Assembly (NCBI RefSeq): GCF_009914755.1
Contig: NC_060947.1
DNA: 64,000 nt
From: the human T2T-CHM13v2.0 reference genome, Homo sapiens
Direction: 5' to 3' (one strand)
Part shown: positions 1 to 13,960 of the stretch, piece after piece
Layout of the letters: every line of letters starts with the position of its first letter
How positions within the stretch are numbered: position 1 is the stretch's first letter
Made by a program: the position numbers and the translations under genes
The notes under the pieces: model-generated
Told to the model about the DNA's origin: nothing
The model's database searches: none
What the model saw: only the letters and a program-made list of their open reading frames with translations

Positions 1-1370
1 TGGTGAACTAGTGTGATTTTTGGGGGCTGTTAAAGAGCCTTGTTATGTAATATTACCAGGGTTTGTTTTCTGTTTCATTCTCATTTGGGTATGCTCTGTC
101 AGAGGGAAGATCTAGGGCCAAAGGCTGTTGTTCAGATTCTTTTGTCCCACGGGGTGTTTCCTTGATGTAGTACTCTCCTCCGTTTCCTATGGATGTGGCT
201 TCCTGTGAGCTGAACTGCTGTGATTGTTGTCTCTCTTCTGGATCCAGCTACCCAGAGAGTCTGTTCAGCTCTGGGCTGGTACTGGGTGTTGTCTGCATGG
301 AGTTCTGTGATGTGAACCGCCTATGGGTCTGTCAGCCATGGATACCAGTGCCTGTTCCAGTGGAGGTGGCAGGGGGGGGTGCAGTGGACTCCATTATGGT
401 TTTTAGCTTTGGTGGTTTAATGTTCTATTTTTTTGCTGGTTGGCCTCCTGCCAGGAGGTGGCACTTTCCAGAGAGCATCACCTGTAGTAGTATGGAGAGG
501 GACTGGTGGTGGGTGGGGCCCTAGAAATCCTAAGATTATATGCCCTTTGTCTTCTGCTACCAGGGTGAGTAGGGAAGGAACATTAGGTGGGGGCAGGGCT
601 AGGTGTGTCTGAGCTCAGGCTGTCCTTGGGCCGGTCTTGCTGTGGCTGCCGTAGGGGATGGGGTCGAGATGCCCAGGTCACTGGAGTTGTGTACCTAGGA
701 GGATTATGGCTGCCTCTGCTGAGTTCTGCAGGTTGTCAGGGAAGTGGGGGAAAGCCAGGAGTCACAGGCCTCACCCAGCTCCCATGTAAACCGAAGTGCT
801 GGTCTCACTCCCACCATGCCCCCTCCAACAGCCCCAAGTCTGTTTCCAGGCAGTGGGCACGACTGGCTTGAAAAATTGCCCAGACTACCTGCCTCCAAGT
901 TGAGAAAGAAAAACTTCTTTCCCTGCCTGTGGAGTCTGCACACTGGATTTGTGCCCTCCCCCTAGTTCTGGCCAGGAGGCTTCTTGCCCCATTGAAATTG
1001 TTAAAAAGGTCAGCTAGAGATTTCCTTCTCCCTGTGGAGATTTACCCCCTGCTCCTCTGGCCTCCCTCCTGATGGATCCCTGTTTTGTCAGGCAGGAATG
1101 GGCTGCTTGGGGACCCAGCAAGCTTCCAGGGCCTTTCTGCTGCTTTCTCTACCCCTGTATTTCACTCGGCTCTCTAAATTGACTCAGCTCCAGGTAAGGT
1201 CATACATTTCTCCCACAAACAGACCTTCAGATTCTTCAGTGGGGGTGTGTGTTTGGGAGGGGAGGGTCTCCCTTTCTCACTTCCACAGTTGGGGCACTCA
1301 CAGTATTTGGGGTATCTCCCAGGTCCTGCAGGAGCAATCTGCTTCCTTAAGAGGGTCTGTGGGTCCTCTC
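1..1370 (-). mobile_element. L1 5' UTR region (L1PB/L1PBa-like), in UPRT intron 1, continuing off the left edge
   Basis: GC-richer sequence resembling an L1PB 5' region read on the minus strand; it resembles the ORF1-proximal sequence at ~49480-49560 of the L1PB further right. Confidence 0.7.
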
Positions 1371-1854
1371 CTCTGTCCTATTTTGAATGTTCACATTGAA
1401 TGCAGCTTTGAGGTGCAGGTAAATAGTTATTGACACTCTGTGAGTTTATTAAGAAGGCGCTAAAGTGCTGTGGCCTTGATGCCTTGCACCTGGCAAAAAA
1501 AAAAAATAGTAACATAATATTATTTTTTTTAAACTTTTTGCTTTTGGTTAAATTTGCTCCAAATTCTTCACTGGGGGTTTGTTTTTGTGAAGGTAAAGGA
1601 AGGAGAAGGAAAACCATTCATAAATCATCTGTATACTACGACAAACTTTGGGACTATATTTTAGTGATCACATAATAATAAAGTAGTTATGGATGTAAAG
1701 CTCATGTTTTCACTAAACATTAAATGAAACATTCCTTTGGTTAAAACCTGCCGGAAAAGCTTTTTTTGTTGTACTTTCCTTTAACTTGTTGCTCAAAACC
1801 AAAAAAAGCACATTAGAGCTGAGTTTGAGTCCATTTAATTCTTCCTCCTCAACT

Positions 1855-2023
1855 TAGATTGCCTGGCAAAGTACAGGATGCTCAGTTAAATCTGAATTCA
1901 AATAAAGAATGAATAATTTTTTATGTTAAGTATGTCCTAAATATTTCATGGGATTTCTGAAATACAAATTTACTTGGGGGGGGGGTGGGTCCTGATTTTG
2001 ATTTACTTAATCTGGCAAACCTA
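1855..2023. mobile_element. MER3/MER33-like hAT-Charlie MITE
   Basis: Degenerate palindromic element 'ttgcctggcaaagtacaggatgctcagttaaatctgaattc...aagtatgtcctaaatatttcatggga...tctggcaaacct'. Confidence 0.65.
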
Positions 2024-3286
2024 TGCCCAACTACAACACCCAACCTGCCCCTCGCCCCATATGCTACAAACAAACTTTGTATATAATCCTCCCAGAGAGA
2101 GTGATATATTTAAATTTTTGAAATGACAATTAATTCAGTGCTACTAGCATTTTATTTAAATTAAGTTGTTTTTAGGTGATAAGTCACAAGATTTTGCTTT
2201 AGTCATTGTTGGAAAGGGTGTATTCTTGTATGTGGTAACCTTAGTATGTATTTTACAAGCCACGTTATAAAAACTTTTCCCTCTTCAGAAGGAATATTTT
2301 AATGATGTTTTATTTGCCTCCCAAACTCTTTCATTGTTTTGTGTTTCCATTGTATATACATATCAATCGGAGTCACAGGGAGAGAAGTATCATAACAGGA
2401 CATCTAAAAAATTGGCTACCTTTTAGTAGTAAGCATTCCCTTATTAGGGCAAAATATAAGTCATTGCTTTTCTCAGAGACTTGGAATTGGAGAGCTCCAG
2501 GCTGTGAGGAACCTGACTTTACTTTTGGAAGCCTCACTGTTCTCATTGCTAAAGTGGTAGTGATAATAAAATCTACTTCTTAAATTGTGTGAAGATTAGA
2601 TGAGATAATATACCAAAAGTGGTTACTACTGGGCACCAAGGAAGCTTTTAATAGATGGTGGCCTCTGGAAAAGAAGGTAGTAATATGTGTATAACATTAG
2701 GTACCTCCTGTAATTTATGGACCTTTTTTTAAGAAGAGTTATATACTTAAGTCTTTGTAATTTAGGATATATATATGTCACACACACACACATACGTATG
2801 TATATGTAGTTGTTAAATTGATTTTTGTAAAAAAAAGATGAGGGTTGTTAAGTGTATTCTGAATAGAGAGAAGAAACAGAATGAGTGATAAAATGTCAAT
2901 ATCTGCTGTGAGAATTGAAGTTGTAATTATCCCAGGGGAGAATCCCTCCATTTAGAAGTTGTAGTAATAGTAATAGTACTAGTAGTAGTGAGGCTTAGTA
3001 AGAAGATGGGAGAAGCTCCCCATGTTAACATTTTAATATTATAAAAATTTTCCTCTTTTTCATATTTCTATATCTTGTGGATAGGTAACTATTAGTTTAT
3101 TGAAAGAAAGATCAGTGAGACTCTTAAAAGGTTTCATGTTGTTTTGGGTCTACTATGAGATGTAGATATTTTTAAATATATACAATTGCTACAGCCCCAG
3201 GAAATGTTAAAGTGCTTTATAGACAGTCTCACTTAATATTTAGGAAAGAGTCAGGTTTAACAAGTCCACATTAAATTGAGGATTTG

Positions 3287-6200
3287 CAAAAAATTCTTTG
3301 AAATAAAACAGAGACACAACATACCAAAATCTCTGAGATGCAGCAAAAGCAGCATTAAGAGGAGTTTATAGTGCTAAACACCTCAAAAAGTTAAAAAGAT
3401 CTCATTAACAATCTAATGTCACACCTAGAGGAACTAGAAAAACAAGAAAAAACTAACCCCAAAGCTAGCAGAAGAAAATACATAATTAAAGTCGGAGTGG
3501 AAGTGAATGAAATTGATACACAAAAATTCATACAGAGGATCAACAAAGTCAAAAGTTACTTCTTTGAAAGGATAAACAAAATCGATAGACCATTAGCTAG
3601 ATTAACAAAGGAAAAAAAGGGAGAAGATCCAAATAAGCGCAATCTGAAAAGGCAAAGGTGACATTACAAATAATCCCATGTAAATACAAAAGATCCTCAG
3701 AGACTATTATGAACAACTCTAGATGCAGAAACTAGAAGATCTAGAGGAAATGGATACATTCCTGGAAACAAACATTCTCCTAAAATTGAATTAGGAAGCA
3801 ATTGAAACCCTGAACAGACCAACATTAAGTTCCAAAATTGAATAAGTAGTGAAAAACCTACCAACCTAAAGAAGACCTGGACCAGATAGAGTCACAATTG
3901 AATTCTACCAGACATACAAGAAGAGCTTATACCAATTCTACTGAAACTATTCCAAAAAAATCAAGGAGGAAGGACTCCTACCTAACTCATTCTATGAATC
4001 CGATGAATCCAGCATCACCCTGATAACAAAACCTGGCAAAGACACAATGAAAAAAGAAAACTTCAAGCCACTTATGATGAACATAGATGCAAAAGTCCTC
4101 AACAAAATACTAGCGAAACAAATTCAACAGCACATCAAAAAGTTAATTTGCCATGATCAAGTAGGTGCCATTACTGGGATGCAAGGATAATTCAACATAT
4201 GCAAATCACTAAATGTGATTCAACACATAAAAAGAATTTTAAAATATATGATCATCTCAACAGCTGCAGAAAAAGCTTTTGATAAAGTATACCATCCATT
4301 TATCATAAAACCACTCAAAAAATCATTTCTTAGTTATCAAAGGAAAATACCTGAAAATAATAACAGCCATATATCTATAACAAACCCACAGCCAACACTG
4401 TACTGAATGGGCAAAAACTGGAAGCATTTCCCTTGAAAACTGGAACAAGACAAGGATACTCACTCTCACCACTCCTATTCAACACAGTACTGGAAGTGCT
4501 AGCAAGAGCTATCAGGCAAGAGAAATAAATAAAAGGCAACCAGATAGGAAAAGAAGTCGTCAAACTATCTCTCTTCATGGAAAATATGATTCTATACATA
4601 GAAAACCCTGTAGATTCCACCAAAAGGCTCCTGGAACTGATAAATGACTTCAGTAGTGTTTCAGAATACAAAATCAGTGTACCAAAATCAGTAGTATTTA
4701 TATACACCAATGATATTCAAGCTGAGAGCCAAATCAAGAACACAATCATATTTACAGGGCTGGGCATGGTGGCTCGCCAAAGCAGGAGGATCACTTGAGC
4801 TGAGGAGTTCAAGACCAGCCTGGGCAATATAGTGAGATCCCATATCTATAAAGTAAATAAATGAAAAAAAGTTCCATTTACAATAGCTGCAAAAAAATAC
4901 CTAGGAATACATCTAATCAAGGGGGCAAAAGATCTCTACAAAGAGATCTGCAAAACACAGCTAAAAGAAATAATAAATGACACAGTAGAAAAACATTTCA
5001 TGTGCATGGATTGGACGAATCAATTTTGGTAAAATGGATACACTGCCCAAAGCAATCTATAGATCCAATGCTATTCCTCTCAAACTACCAACATTATTTT
5101 GCTCAGAATTGGAAAAAAAAAAACTATTCTGAAATTCGTATGGTGCCCCAAAAGAGCCAGAATAGCCAAAGCAATCCTAAGCAAAAAGAACAAAGCTGGA
5201 GGCATCACATTACCTGACTTCAAACTATACTACAAGGCCACAGTAACCAAAACAGCATGGTTCTGGTGAAAAAACAGACACACAGACTGATAGAACAGAG
5301 TAGAGAACCCAGAAATAAAGCCACAGACTTACAGCTATTTAATCTTCAACAATGCCAACAAAAATAAGGAATAGGGAAAGGATTACCTATTCAATAAATA
5401 GTTTGGGGATAGCTGGCTATCCATATGCAGAAGAATGAAACTGGACCCCCACTTTTCACCATGTAGAAAACTTAAGATGGATTAAATATTTACATGTAAG
5501 ACCTCAAACTACAAGAATCATAGAAGAAAACCTGGTAATTACCCTTCTTACCATTGGCCTTGGGAATTTATGACAAAGTCCTCAAAAGCAATTGCAGCAA
5601 AAACAAAAATTGACAAGTGAGACCTAATTAAACTAAAGAGCTTCTGCACAGCAAAAGAAACTATCAACAGAGTAAGCAGACAACCTACAGAATGGGAGAA
5701 ACTATTCACAAACTCTGAATCTGACAAAGGTGTAATATCCAGAAATCTGTAAGGAACTTAAACACATTGAACGAGCAAAAAACAAAGAACCCCCTTAAAA
5801 AGGTGCAAAAGACATAAACAGACACTTTTCAAAAGAAGACATACAAACAGCCAACAAACATATGAAAAAATGCTTATCATCACTAATCATCAGATAAATG
5901 CAAATCAAAACCACAATGAAATACCATCTCACACCCGTTAGAATGGTGATTATTAAAAAGTCAAAAAACAACAGATCTTGGCAAGGCTGTGTAGAAAAGG
6001 AGATGCTTATACACTTTTGGTGAGAATGTAAATTAGTTCAGTCAGTGTGGAAAGCTGTTTCAAGATTTCTCAAATTATTAGAAACCATTTGACCCAAGAA
6101 TCCCATTACGGGGTATATATTCAAATGAAAACAAATTGTTCTACCAAAAAACCACACGCACTTGTATGTTCATCACAACAGTATTTACAACAGCAACGAC

Positions 6201-6642
6201 ATGGAATCCATGTAGGTGCCCATCAACAGTGGATTGGATAAAGAAAGTGTGGTAAATATATATGATGGAATCCTGTGTAGCCATACAAAAGAATGAAATC
6301 ATGTCCTTTGCAGTAACATGGATGCAGCTGGAGGCCATTATCCTAAGTGAATTAATGCAGGAACAGAAAATCAAATACTGCATGTTCTCACTTATAAATG
6401 GGAGCTAAACACTGGGTACTCATGGACATGAAGATGGCAACAGTAGACACTGGGGACTACTAAATGGGGGAAGGATGGAGGGGGACAAGAGTTGGGAAAC
6501 TAACTGTTGTGTACTATACTAAGTACCTGGGTGATAGGATCATTTGTACCCCAAACCTCAGCATCATGCAATAGACCCAGGTAAAAAACCTGCACATGTA
6601 CCCCCTGAATGTAAAATAAAAGTTGAAAAAAAGTAAATTAAA
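3287..6642 (+). mobile_element. 5'-truncated L1 (L1PA15/16-like), disrupted ORF2 and 3' UTR
   Basis: ORF2 fragments (3416-3661, 4577-4798); L1 3' end with AATAAA and A-rich tail; TSD tgaggatttg at 3277-3286 and 6646-6655. Confidence 0.9.
4757..4870 (+). mobile_element. Alu monomer (FLAM-like) with internal deletion, inserted in L1 ORF2
   Basis: gggctgggcatggtggctc joined directly to gccaaagcaggaggatcacttgag...gaccagcctgggcaa, then an A-rich tail; atttaca repeated on both sides. Confidence 0.75.
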
Positions 6643-9139
6643 AAATGAGGATTTGGCTTCCAGTATGAATCCCATTCTTTTGTTGTTTCAGTGTGAAGAT
6701 AACTTTTTAAAATGACTGCCTTTGGCGTTTGTCTTATGCTACAGGTGTGTGACACATTTGTTTATGTGAGGAGGTGTCAAGAAAAGTGGGTTCTCAGATA
6801 TGGTTAAATCTGCATCGCTAAACCTGCTTGGGGTTTGTACAATTTAAAATATGCTCAGCTTAACAATTAGATATCTATACTTTGGATTACAAGTGCCTGG
6901 ATATCATTATCTGTTTAAATATTTGATATTTGGTTTTTTAGATGTATTTAAAAATATTCCAGGGATGTGTGCATGTGTGTTTTTTACATTGTGATAATTT
7001 TACATTAGACTTTATTTGGAACTATTATCAGATACAAGATAATTAATGTGTCTTTCAAAGCTTTTTTTCCAGTAGGAGAGATTACGGTTATGATTTAAAA
7101 TGAAGTGTGTGGAATGAAGAAGATCTGGAGTCTGGTTCATATTAAAACATCCCTGTTAACAAATAATTCAGCCTAGCGTTGTGTCTAAAATAGAGCCTCA
7201 GAGAATACATGCAGCTTCATTGATACAAGTAAATACCTGCTTTATGAAGCTCTAGTCTTAACAATGTTAAAGATTTAAATATGATATTGAAGGCCATTGT
7301 GGAATTAAAAAAAAAAAACGAGGTCAACTTATTGTATTCTAGATATACTTTAATTTCTAAATGGATTTAAAATGAATAGTATGGATCTGAAGTCCGTCTA
7401 TACAGCAGGAAATAGGTAAGTAATTACAGCTTGCAGTAGAGTTACTTGGAGTGGTAAATGATTTTATTGGAGGTCAAATAGCTGTCAAGAGATAACAGCT
7501 CATATTAGGTTCTCACAGTGTGTACCTTTTTTGGAATATAGAGAAAGCAGGTGCTTATTGTGCAAAAGTTATCAGCTGAGGCTGATTTTTTTGTGGGGGA
7601 GGGTGTGAAAGGTGGTAAAATGTTTGATTCCAAAGTAAAATAACAGATTTGGGCGACTCTGATTACTTAACCTAATATACTGTTTCTCTGTAATAAAGTG
7701 ATATCTAACTGTTCAGAAATTAAAACTGACATTTCAGGTGTCTCCTATAATATATAACACCGCATATGTCTTTAAGTCAAATCCAGACTTCTTTCTTGTT
7801 GAAAAACTATGTTCTAGCTGCCTAGGTAAGTTAGTATAGACCTAGCAAACAGAGCAGTAGGTTTCAGTATTTTTTGCAGTTCACTGAGTGAAGATTAATT
7901 ATATAAATGAAAGGTGCTGGTGTAATTGTATAGTCTTATTTGAAAACCACAGTACGTGAAATTGAGCCTGTTTTAAAGGGGCTCTGTGTGTGTGTAGGTA
8001 TGTGTGGATAGAGTTTTCTGAGTTTAAGGAATTTTTGTAAATAAACAACACAGACCTATATTCTTGCTGTTGCTAAATTGTGGTTTATATTTTAGAGAGC
8101 TAATATCTGTAGTATGATAGAACTGTGGTTAAGAAACCTAATGCCATTTGTGTCAGGGCTATTTCATTGCTTTTTCCATCTCAGGGAAATCAAATGCAAC
8201 TTGAGGCAAAAGAGTGGAAATTAATGATATACTGAGATAATATGTGTTTGCATATATCATTTTGAGGCTGTTTTGGAGAATACTTTAGGTGGTCCATAGA
8301 TAGGCAGATGGGGGTTTTTAAGTACATAAGCTGTAAATCAATCCATTCAGTCAGATCATTTAACTTATATGGAAGAAAGATGAGGAACAATACTACATTT
8401 TTATGTGCAGAAATAACATCAGTTATTTAACATTCCCTTTTTGGCTCGTTAACAGCTTGTGGGTAGACGTAGCCCTGGATTATTATTACTTGGTTACCTC
8501 AGGATATTGACCAGAGGAAATGGACAGGAAAATGGCAGAAAGATCTAGGGAATGAAGTACTCATTTGAAAAAACAGTCAAAAGGAACAAATTATCAATTA
8601 TTTGAGAATGAGTTCTTGGAAATTAGTTTATATGTTTTTGAAAGCAGTAGCAAAAGCAGAGGATTTATTTATTGGTACCATTCTAGTTCCAAAAAGGATT
8701 ACAAAGTAGATGGGTTACTTATCTTGGTAATATGGGTTTTAGATCAAGGTGAGTTGAGGGGGAGAATGGGGAGAAACTGCTTCTCTTACTGCAAAGTTTC
8801 CTCTCAACTTTAGCTCTGGACTTGCTCTCACCCTCCAGGGGTAACTTGTTCATCTCCCGGTTGACTAATATGTACTTGGGCAGCTCAGTGGGGGACTGCA
8901 TGATCTTTTCAGTTCCAGTCTCTAATGTTGGTATCAAGCATTTTCATTATTGATCAAGTTATCTCATTTAGGTGCCTGTATCCTAGTAAAAAGTATCTTG
9001 CCTCAGTAATAGTCTGTACATGTAAGCATTTAAGCTTTTAGTATGTTATAGGTCTTAATATCAGTGTTACTGTACATATTAAATAACATTTTGCCTTAAA
9101 GCTCTAATTTAGACTAAAACTTGTATTATCTTTTTTTAG

Positions 9140-9182
9140 GACAGCCAGTAGAGGTGACTTCATGTTTTCTGCGGATCGTTTG
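9140..9182 (+). CDS. UPRT: UPRT coding exon 2 (TASRGDFMFSADRL)
   Basis: tttttttag acceptor, gtaggt donor; 43 bp; translation matches uracil phosphoribosyltransferase homolog; phase joins next exon. Confidence 0.95.
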
Positions 9183-12009
9183 GTAGGTGGGGGCTTTTCA
9201 TTTTCATTTCATTGTTTTGCCTAGTGATATAACCATGGTAGACCAAGGGATATTTTTGTTCTAGAGCATTCTGGGGCTGAAAGAGATTGTACTAAGTAAC
9301 CATCATCTTGCTAGGCTAATGAAGTGTTGTTTCACTGTTGCATTAAAGATCTACTTCAATACTTTTCACCACAAAGCATTGCCCATGAACTAATTCCCTG
9401 TATTTCTGAGATAACACTACCTCTCAAATGGATCTTGGTAACTTGAGTTTCAGCAATTCTTAAGTGCCTCCTCTTAGGGCAGTGAAGTACATTAAAAGAA
9501 AACCAAAAATGTAAGGAGACCTCATAGTTACACTTGTGGTATCCAACGAATGTACAAAAATATATATTTCTTGTAGTTTACGGCGGCAGCAGGGGGAGGC
9601 TTATTTTGCCTCTTCTTTCCTGTACTAGCCTTCACATGTGAAATAGTACATTTGACTGTCTATGGTTTCCTCAGGCACTTCCTATTAAGAATTGACCAAG
9701 CTCAATTCTGTTTAGCTAGTGTGATCTGAGAGGATCTCAGTCCAAATTGGTTTGTCTTCAGGGTAAGCACTGTGTTTTCTTCTTGTGTTAATATCTAAGC
9801 ATGCTTAGTGCTTGAAGTGAGGTTGACATGTTTTCTGCTGTGGCTATTAGTTTCAATCCACAGCAGAAAATACATTACATTCAGGAAAGTTTAGTGTATA
9901 TTTATATTTATATATAGTTTAATGTATATTTATATTCAGTGTATATTCATGAAGTTTAGTGTATATTTCATGAATGTATTTCACTAAAATTGCGTGAATC
10001 AGGTATTGTGCTAGGCTGTGTCCAGAGAGATGAGATACAATAGTGAAGAATGTAGGCATGGTCTCTAATCTCTTGGTGTTTATGATCTAAATACTAGATT
10101 TACAAACTAAGTGCAAATTTAGTTTGGGAAAGAAAGGAATGAACAGGGCTTCTTAGCCCCAAAGTTATAATCAGATTAAGGTAGATGATTAAAAGGAATG
10201 TGAAAAAAAGGCATGAAACTTTTCATTTAGGTTTTGCCTGAGGATTTATTCCAAAAGAGCATAGACAACTCCTGTTCTGCTTTTCATCGTAAGTATTCTT
10301 GGTTCAGAGACCAATTTTATTTAAAATTATTTGAGTTTTCATTGGCAGTAATAACCCTTAGATAGTAACAAGATAAATGTGGTTGACATTCCTGGAGCAA
10401 TAGTTACGTCATTCTGTCTTTTATGCTTTTATCAAACCAAAAGAACAGGCTTGAAGAACTTGTATCTTAATGGCTGCTGTTTTGGTGTTTACTGGTAGAA
10501 AACGGTTCCTCTTTCTTTTGCTGTTCTTATGCTCTTTTTCTATAGAAAGTAGGAGTTAAGTTCACGGTTATTGTAAGATGCTTCCCTGAAAGGGCAAGCA
10601 TAATCTTAGCCCAGTGAGATAGTAAGGACCTATGGCATAATTCACCTGAGGGGATAATGATTTGGATCTCTCTCTGTTCTCTGCAGGTGGCTTTCAAGGT
10701 CCTGATATGGGGTGAGAAAGGGTCTGTTGTGGTTGTGGTAGAGACTGGAGCTATTTAGGTTTAACTTCTTGAGGATTTCTAGTACACTATCTCCTGCAGC
10801 ACATGTCATTAATATATATTATCATATATATATTAATTTCATCCTGAATTTGTCAGGGTTGGCTTCCTTGGCCCTCAGATCCTTGGGTTCTTTATATTTT
10901 AGTCACTCTTCTGATTTTATGCACTCCTGTAAGAGTTGGGCACACTAATTTCTGTCCCAGTGTTGGAGGGGATGGGGATAGGAGGTAAGACTCATTAGAG
11001 GACTGTTACTAGGAGGAAAAGATCTAGGCTCTTCAAAGAAAATAATCCTCTTTTACCCTTGTAATTTGCTCATAAAAAAAAATCTCCACAGAAGATGGTG
11101 GCTGGAAGTGAGTATGCACACATGTGCAGTATTCATGAGGTGCCTGGGCCCTCTGTCTGATGCTGCAGGCTGACAAAATCCTGGCTTATTTAGAATTGAT
11201 TGTTTTAATGGCAGCAGGGTGTTATTATATGTTGTGATAACAGAGCATAGGGCCTGGTGCTGCTCCCTGCTGTTGCAGATTCTCAATCAGTAATGTAATG
11301 TTGATTGGATAAAATGTGCATTGCAGACTCAGCATTACTTTTACTGTAGTTGGCTTTGGTTGTTCATGGAATTACCATATCTTGTTTTTGGAGGCTCTTG
11401 TAGTAGTTCTGAGTGATGCTTTCCTTTGTACCACACATTATGATTGATATGAGCCTTTTCTTTAGCTGAGAAGCCCCAGTGCATTTTACTGGATCCTCCT
11501 TCAAGCTCAGTAAATTGGTTCAGCCAATGCACTCATTTATTTCCTCTAAAGAAGTTTCAGGCTTTATTTACATTATAGTGGGCCTTTGTTAAAAATAATC
11601 TGACTTAATGATTTCCAAGGTACTGAATAAAGCAGAGAAATTCCCAGTGAGCACTATTTCCAGAATAATAAGAAGTATATTACTTCCAAGAGTGCTTGCC
11701 ATGACTGTTGTCACTTGCTGGAGTTTTGTGTCCCTCATAGTCTGGACTGACAGAATGAGAATCAGAAGGAATATTGGAGCCTTTTGGTGGCAATCATGGC
11801 CTATCTGAGGTTGGATACCTAGCAGCAAGTAGTATGGCATTTGGATCTATCCCTGTATCTAACACATGATAGGGGGCCCCTTACTGCCTCCACAAGTGAA
11901 ACCTTTGCCTAGTGTGTTCATGACTCTGCCTACTGTTCAGCTCCTGAAGCTAACAGCTAACAGGAGATTCCCAGCAGGTTCTCAACTTCTTCTTCCTTTG
12001 ACTCTCTAG

Positions 12010-12079
12010 ATCAGACTTGTTGTGGAAGAGGGATTGAATCAGCTGCCATATAAAGAATGCATGGTGACCACTCCAACAG
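12010..12079 (+). CDS. UPRT: UPRT coding exon 3 (IRLVVEEGLNQLPYKECMVTTPTG)
   Basis: ctctctag acceptor, gtaact donor; 70 bp; phases consistent. Confidence 0.95.
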
Positions 12080-13158
12080 GTAACTAGGGCTGTTATTCTC
12101 AAATTTTCCTCATAAAAATTCTGAGCTAGAATGGGGAAAGATGTAAGTAAAGCAGTCTAAGTAAAATAAATATGCAAAATGAAGGGCTAGGTGGAGCTAT
12201 TCTTTTAAAATCTTAAAAATAAAACTCAGGCATTTAGGAAAGAAATCTGTGTAGATGACTTTTTGTTAAGGGCTTGCTTGTCAATTCAAGTTAAAGGTTA
12301 ACAAATACTCTTCAGCATGCACGTGTTGCCTCTAATGATGGCCCATTGAGACCATAGTTAAGAATTGCTGGCAGCTTATCTTCATCTCTATGGGAAAGCT
12401 GCTGGTGAGCACAAATGGGCAAGTCTGTTTTGGCACTGAAATTACATGTTAAAAAAGGATAGAAAGTAAAAAAGAAAACTAAAAATGATAAGAATTGGAG
12501 AAGGTGCTTTGTTCTATCCTTTAATAGAAAGTAGCCAAAGATCCCTGTTTCAGGGATTTGAAATTATGATTTGGTTTAGTAAATAACGTAAAACTGTTCT
12601 ATTCAAAGGGTTTACTTTATGAAACTTGGGGACTGAGTTTGTAGCATCATAATTGACACAAATTCAGGATGAGACCAAGAGTTGAGCATGTCTTAATAAC
12701 TATTTCAGCCACTTTCTTCTGCTTTTAAGGCAGAATGGAGGCTCATAAAGAAGAACAGAGGCTCATAAAGAAGAATGGAATGAGGAAGCTTTCTGCTGTG
12801 GCTCACAGTGGGGTCCCAGTTTGAATTGATGGGGTATATAGCATTCTCAGAGTGCAGTGATTCTCTTTGAATTCAGTTTGAGGAATGTGTATGTGAATAT
12901 CGTGTTATAATAAGTCCTATTCCCATTCAATGAAGTCTGCCTCTCCCAATTATCCCCACAGGTTTCTTATGAAGAATTAAGAAATAACTGAAAAATCATG
13001 ACTCATCTCATTATTTCCACAGGGAATCTCAGGCATTATACAGTGTGTCTGAACAAGGGTTGCTTTGTGCCCATCTACTTTAAACCGTAGACACTTTATA
13101 AAATATGTAGGTTACTCCAGTGATGAAAGATAAATTCTTTGGTTTTATTTCCTAACAG

Positions 13159-13221
13159 GGTACAAGTATGAAGGAGTGAAATTTGAGAAGGGAAATTGTG
13201 GGGTCAGCATAATGAGAAGCG
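13159..13221 (+). CDS. UPRT: UPRT coding exon 4 (YKYEGVKFEKGNCGVSIMRSG)
   Basis: cctaacag acceptor, gtaggt donor; 63 bp; contains the UPRTase VSIMRSG motif. Confidence 0.95.
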
Positions 13222-13651
13222 GTAGGTTCACGTGTGTGTGATTTTTGTCTCTTTGTATGCATAGAAATGGTTGCTGTTTTCCAGAAGAGAGGCAGGCTTG
13301 TCTGTCATAATTGCAGCCTGCCTTTAGTTAAATCTCACTACCTGTGTTATCTAGCCTCATGGTGCTGTGGAGTCATGGCCTGTGTGAGGCTAGGTTTGGC
13401 TAATTTTAACTACAGAGCGTATTCCCTAATAGAGTGCTCCCATGGGCAAGCCAGCTTTCAAAGAGATTCAGAGGAGGATGGGAGGATAGGAGGATGTGGT
13501 GATGCTATCTTGGGGAGAACAGGTCAGTTTGAAGACTGAGGGAATATGGTATAAATTCGGGCTTGGAGAACTTTGAATACCTGACTGGAGAAAATATTTC
13601 TTCTGTTTTTATTTCTGTTGTTGGGCTAAATGACTTGTTTGATATTTTTAC

Positions 13652-13960
13652 TTTTTTTTTTTTTTTAGACAGGGTCTCACTCTATTGTCCAGGCTGGAGT
13701 ATGGTGGCGTGATCATAGCTCGCTGTAACCTCAAACTCCTGAGTTCAAGTAATCCTCCCACCTCAGCCTCCTGAGCAGCTAGTACTACAGGCACATGCCA
13801 CTATACCTAGCAAATTAAAAAACAATTTTTTTTTTTTTTTGGTAGAGATGAGGTCTTGCTATGTTGCCCAGGCTGGTCTAAAACTCCTGGCCTCCAGTGA
13901 TGCTCCTGCCTCAGCCTCCGAAAGTGCTGGGATTATGGGCATGAGCCACCATACCCAACC
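13652..13960 (-). mobile_element. AluJ-like element
   Basis: Poly-T, then dimeric Alu in reverse with T-rich linker. Confidence 0.9.

Noticed and set aside
189-1433. Several 70-110 aa ORFs at the window start (and similar ORFs at 35400-36600 and 63284-63646)
   Set aside because: They lie in L1 5' UTR or THE1 internal sequence, with no protein homology or splice context.
10661-10720. Strong-looking splice acceptor (tctctctctgttctctgcag) in UPRT intron 2
   Set aside because: No recognisable coding similarity, and the six identified exons already join in frame; transcript data would be needed.
12738-12775. 20-bp-period tandem duplication (gaggctcataaagaagaa x2), plus similar small duplications near 3993, 14393, 59331 and 59821
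   Set aside because: Ordinary slippage duplications in intronic or repeat DNA, with no sign of function.
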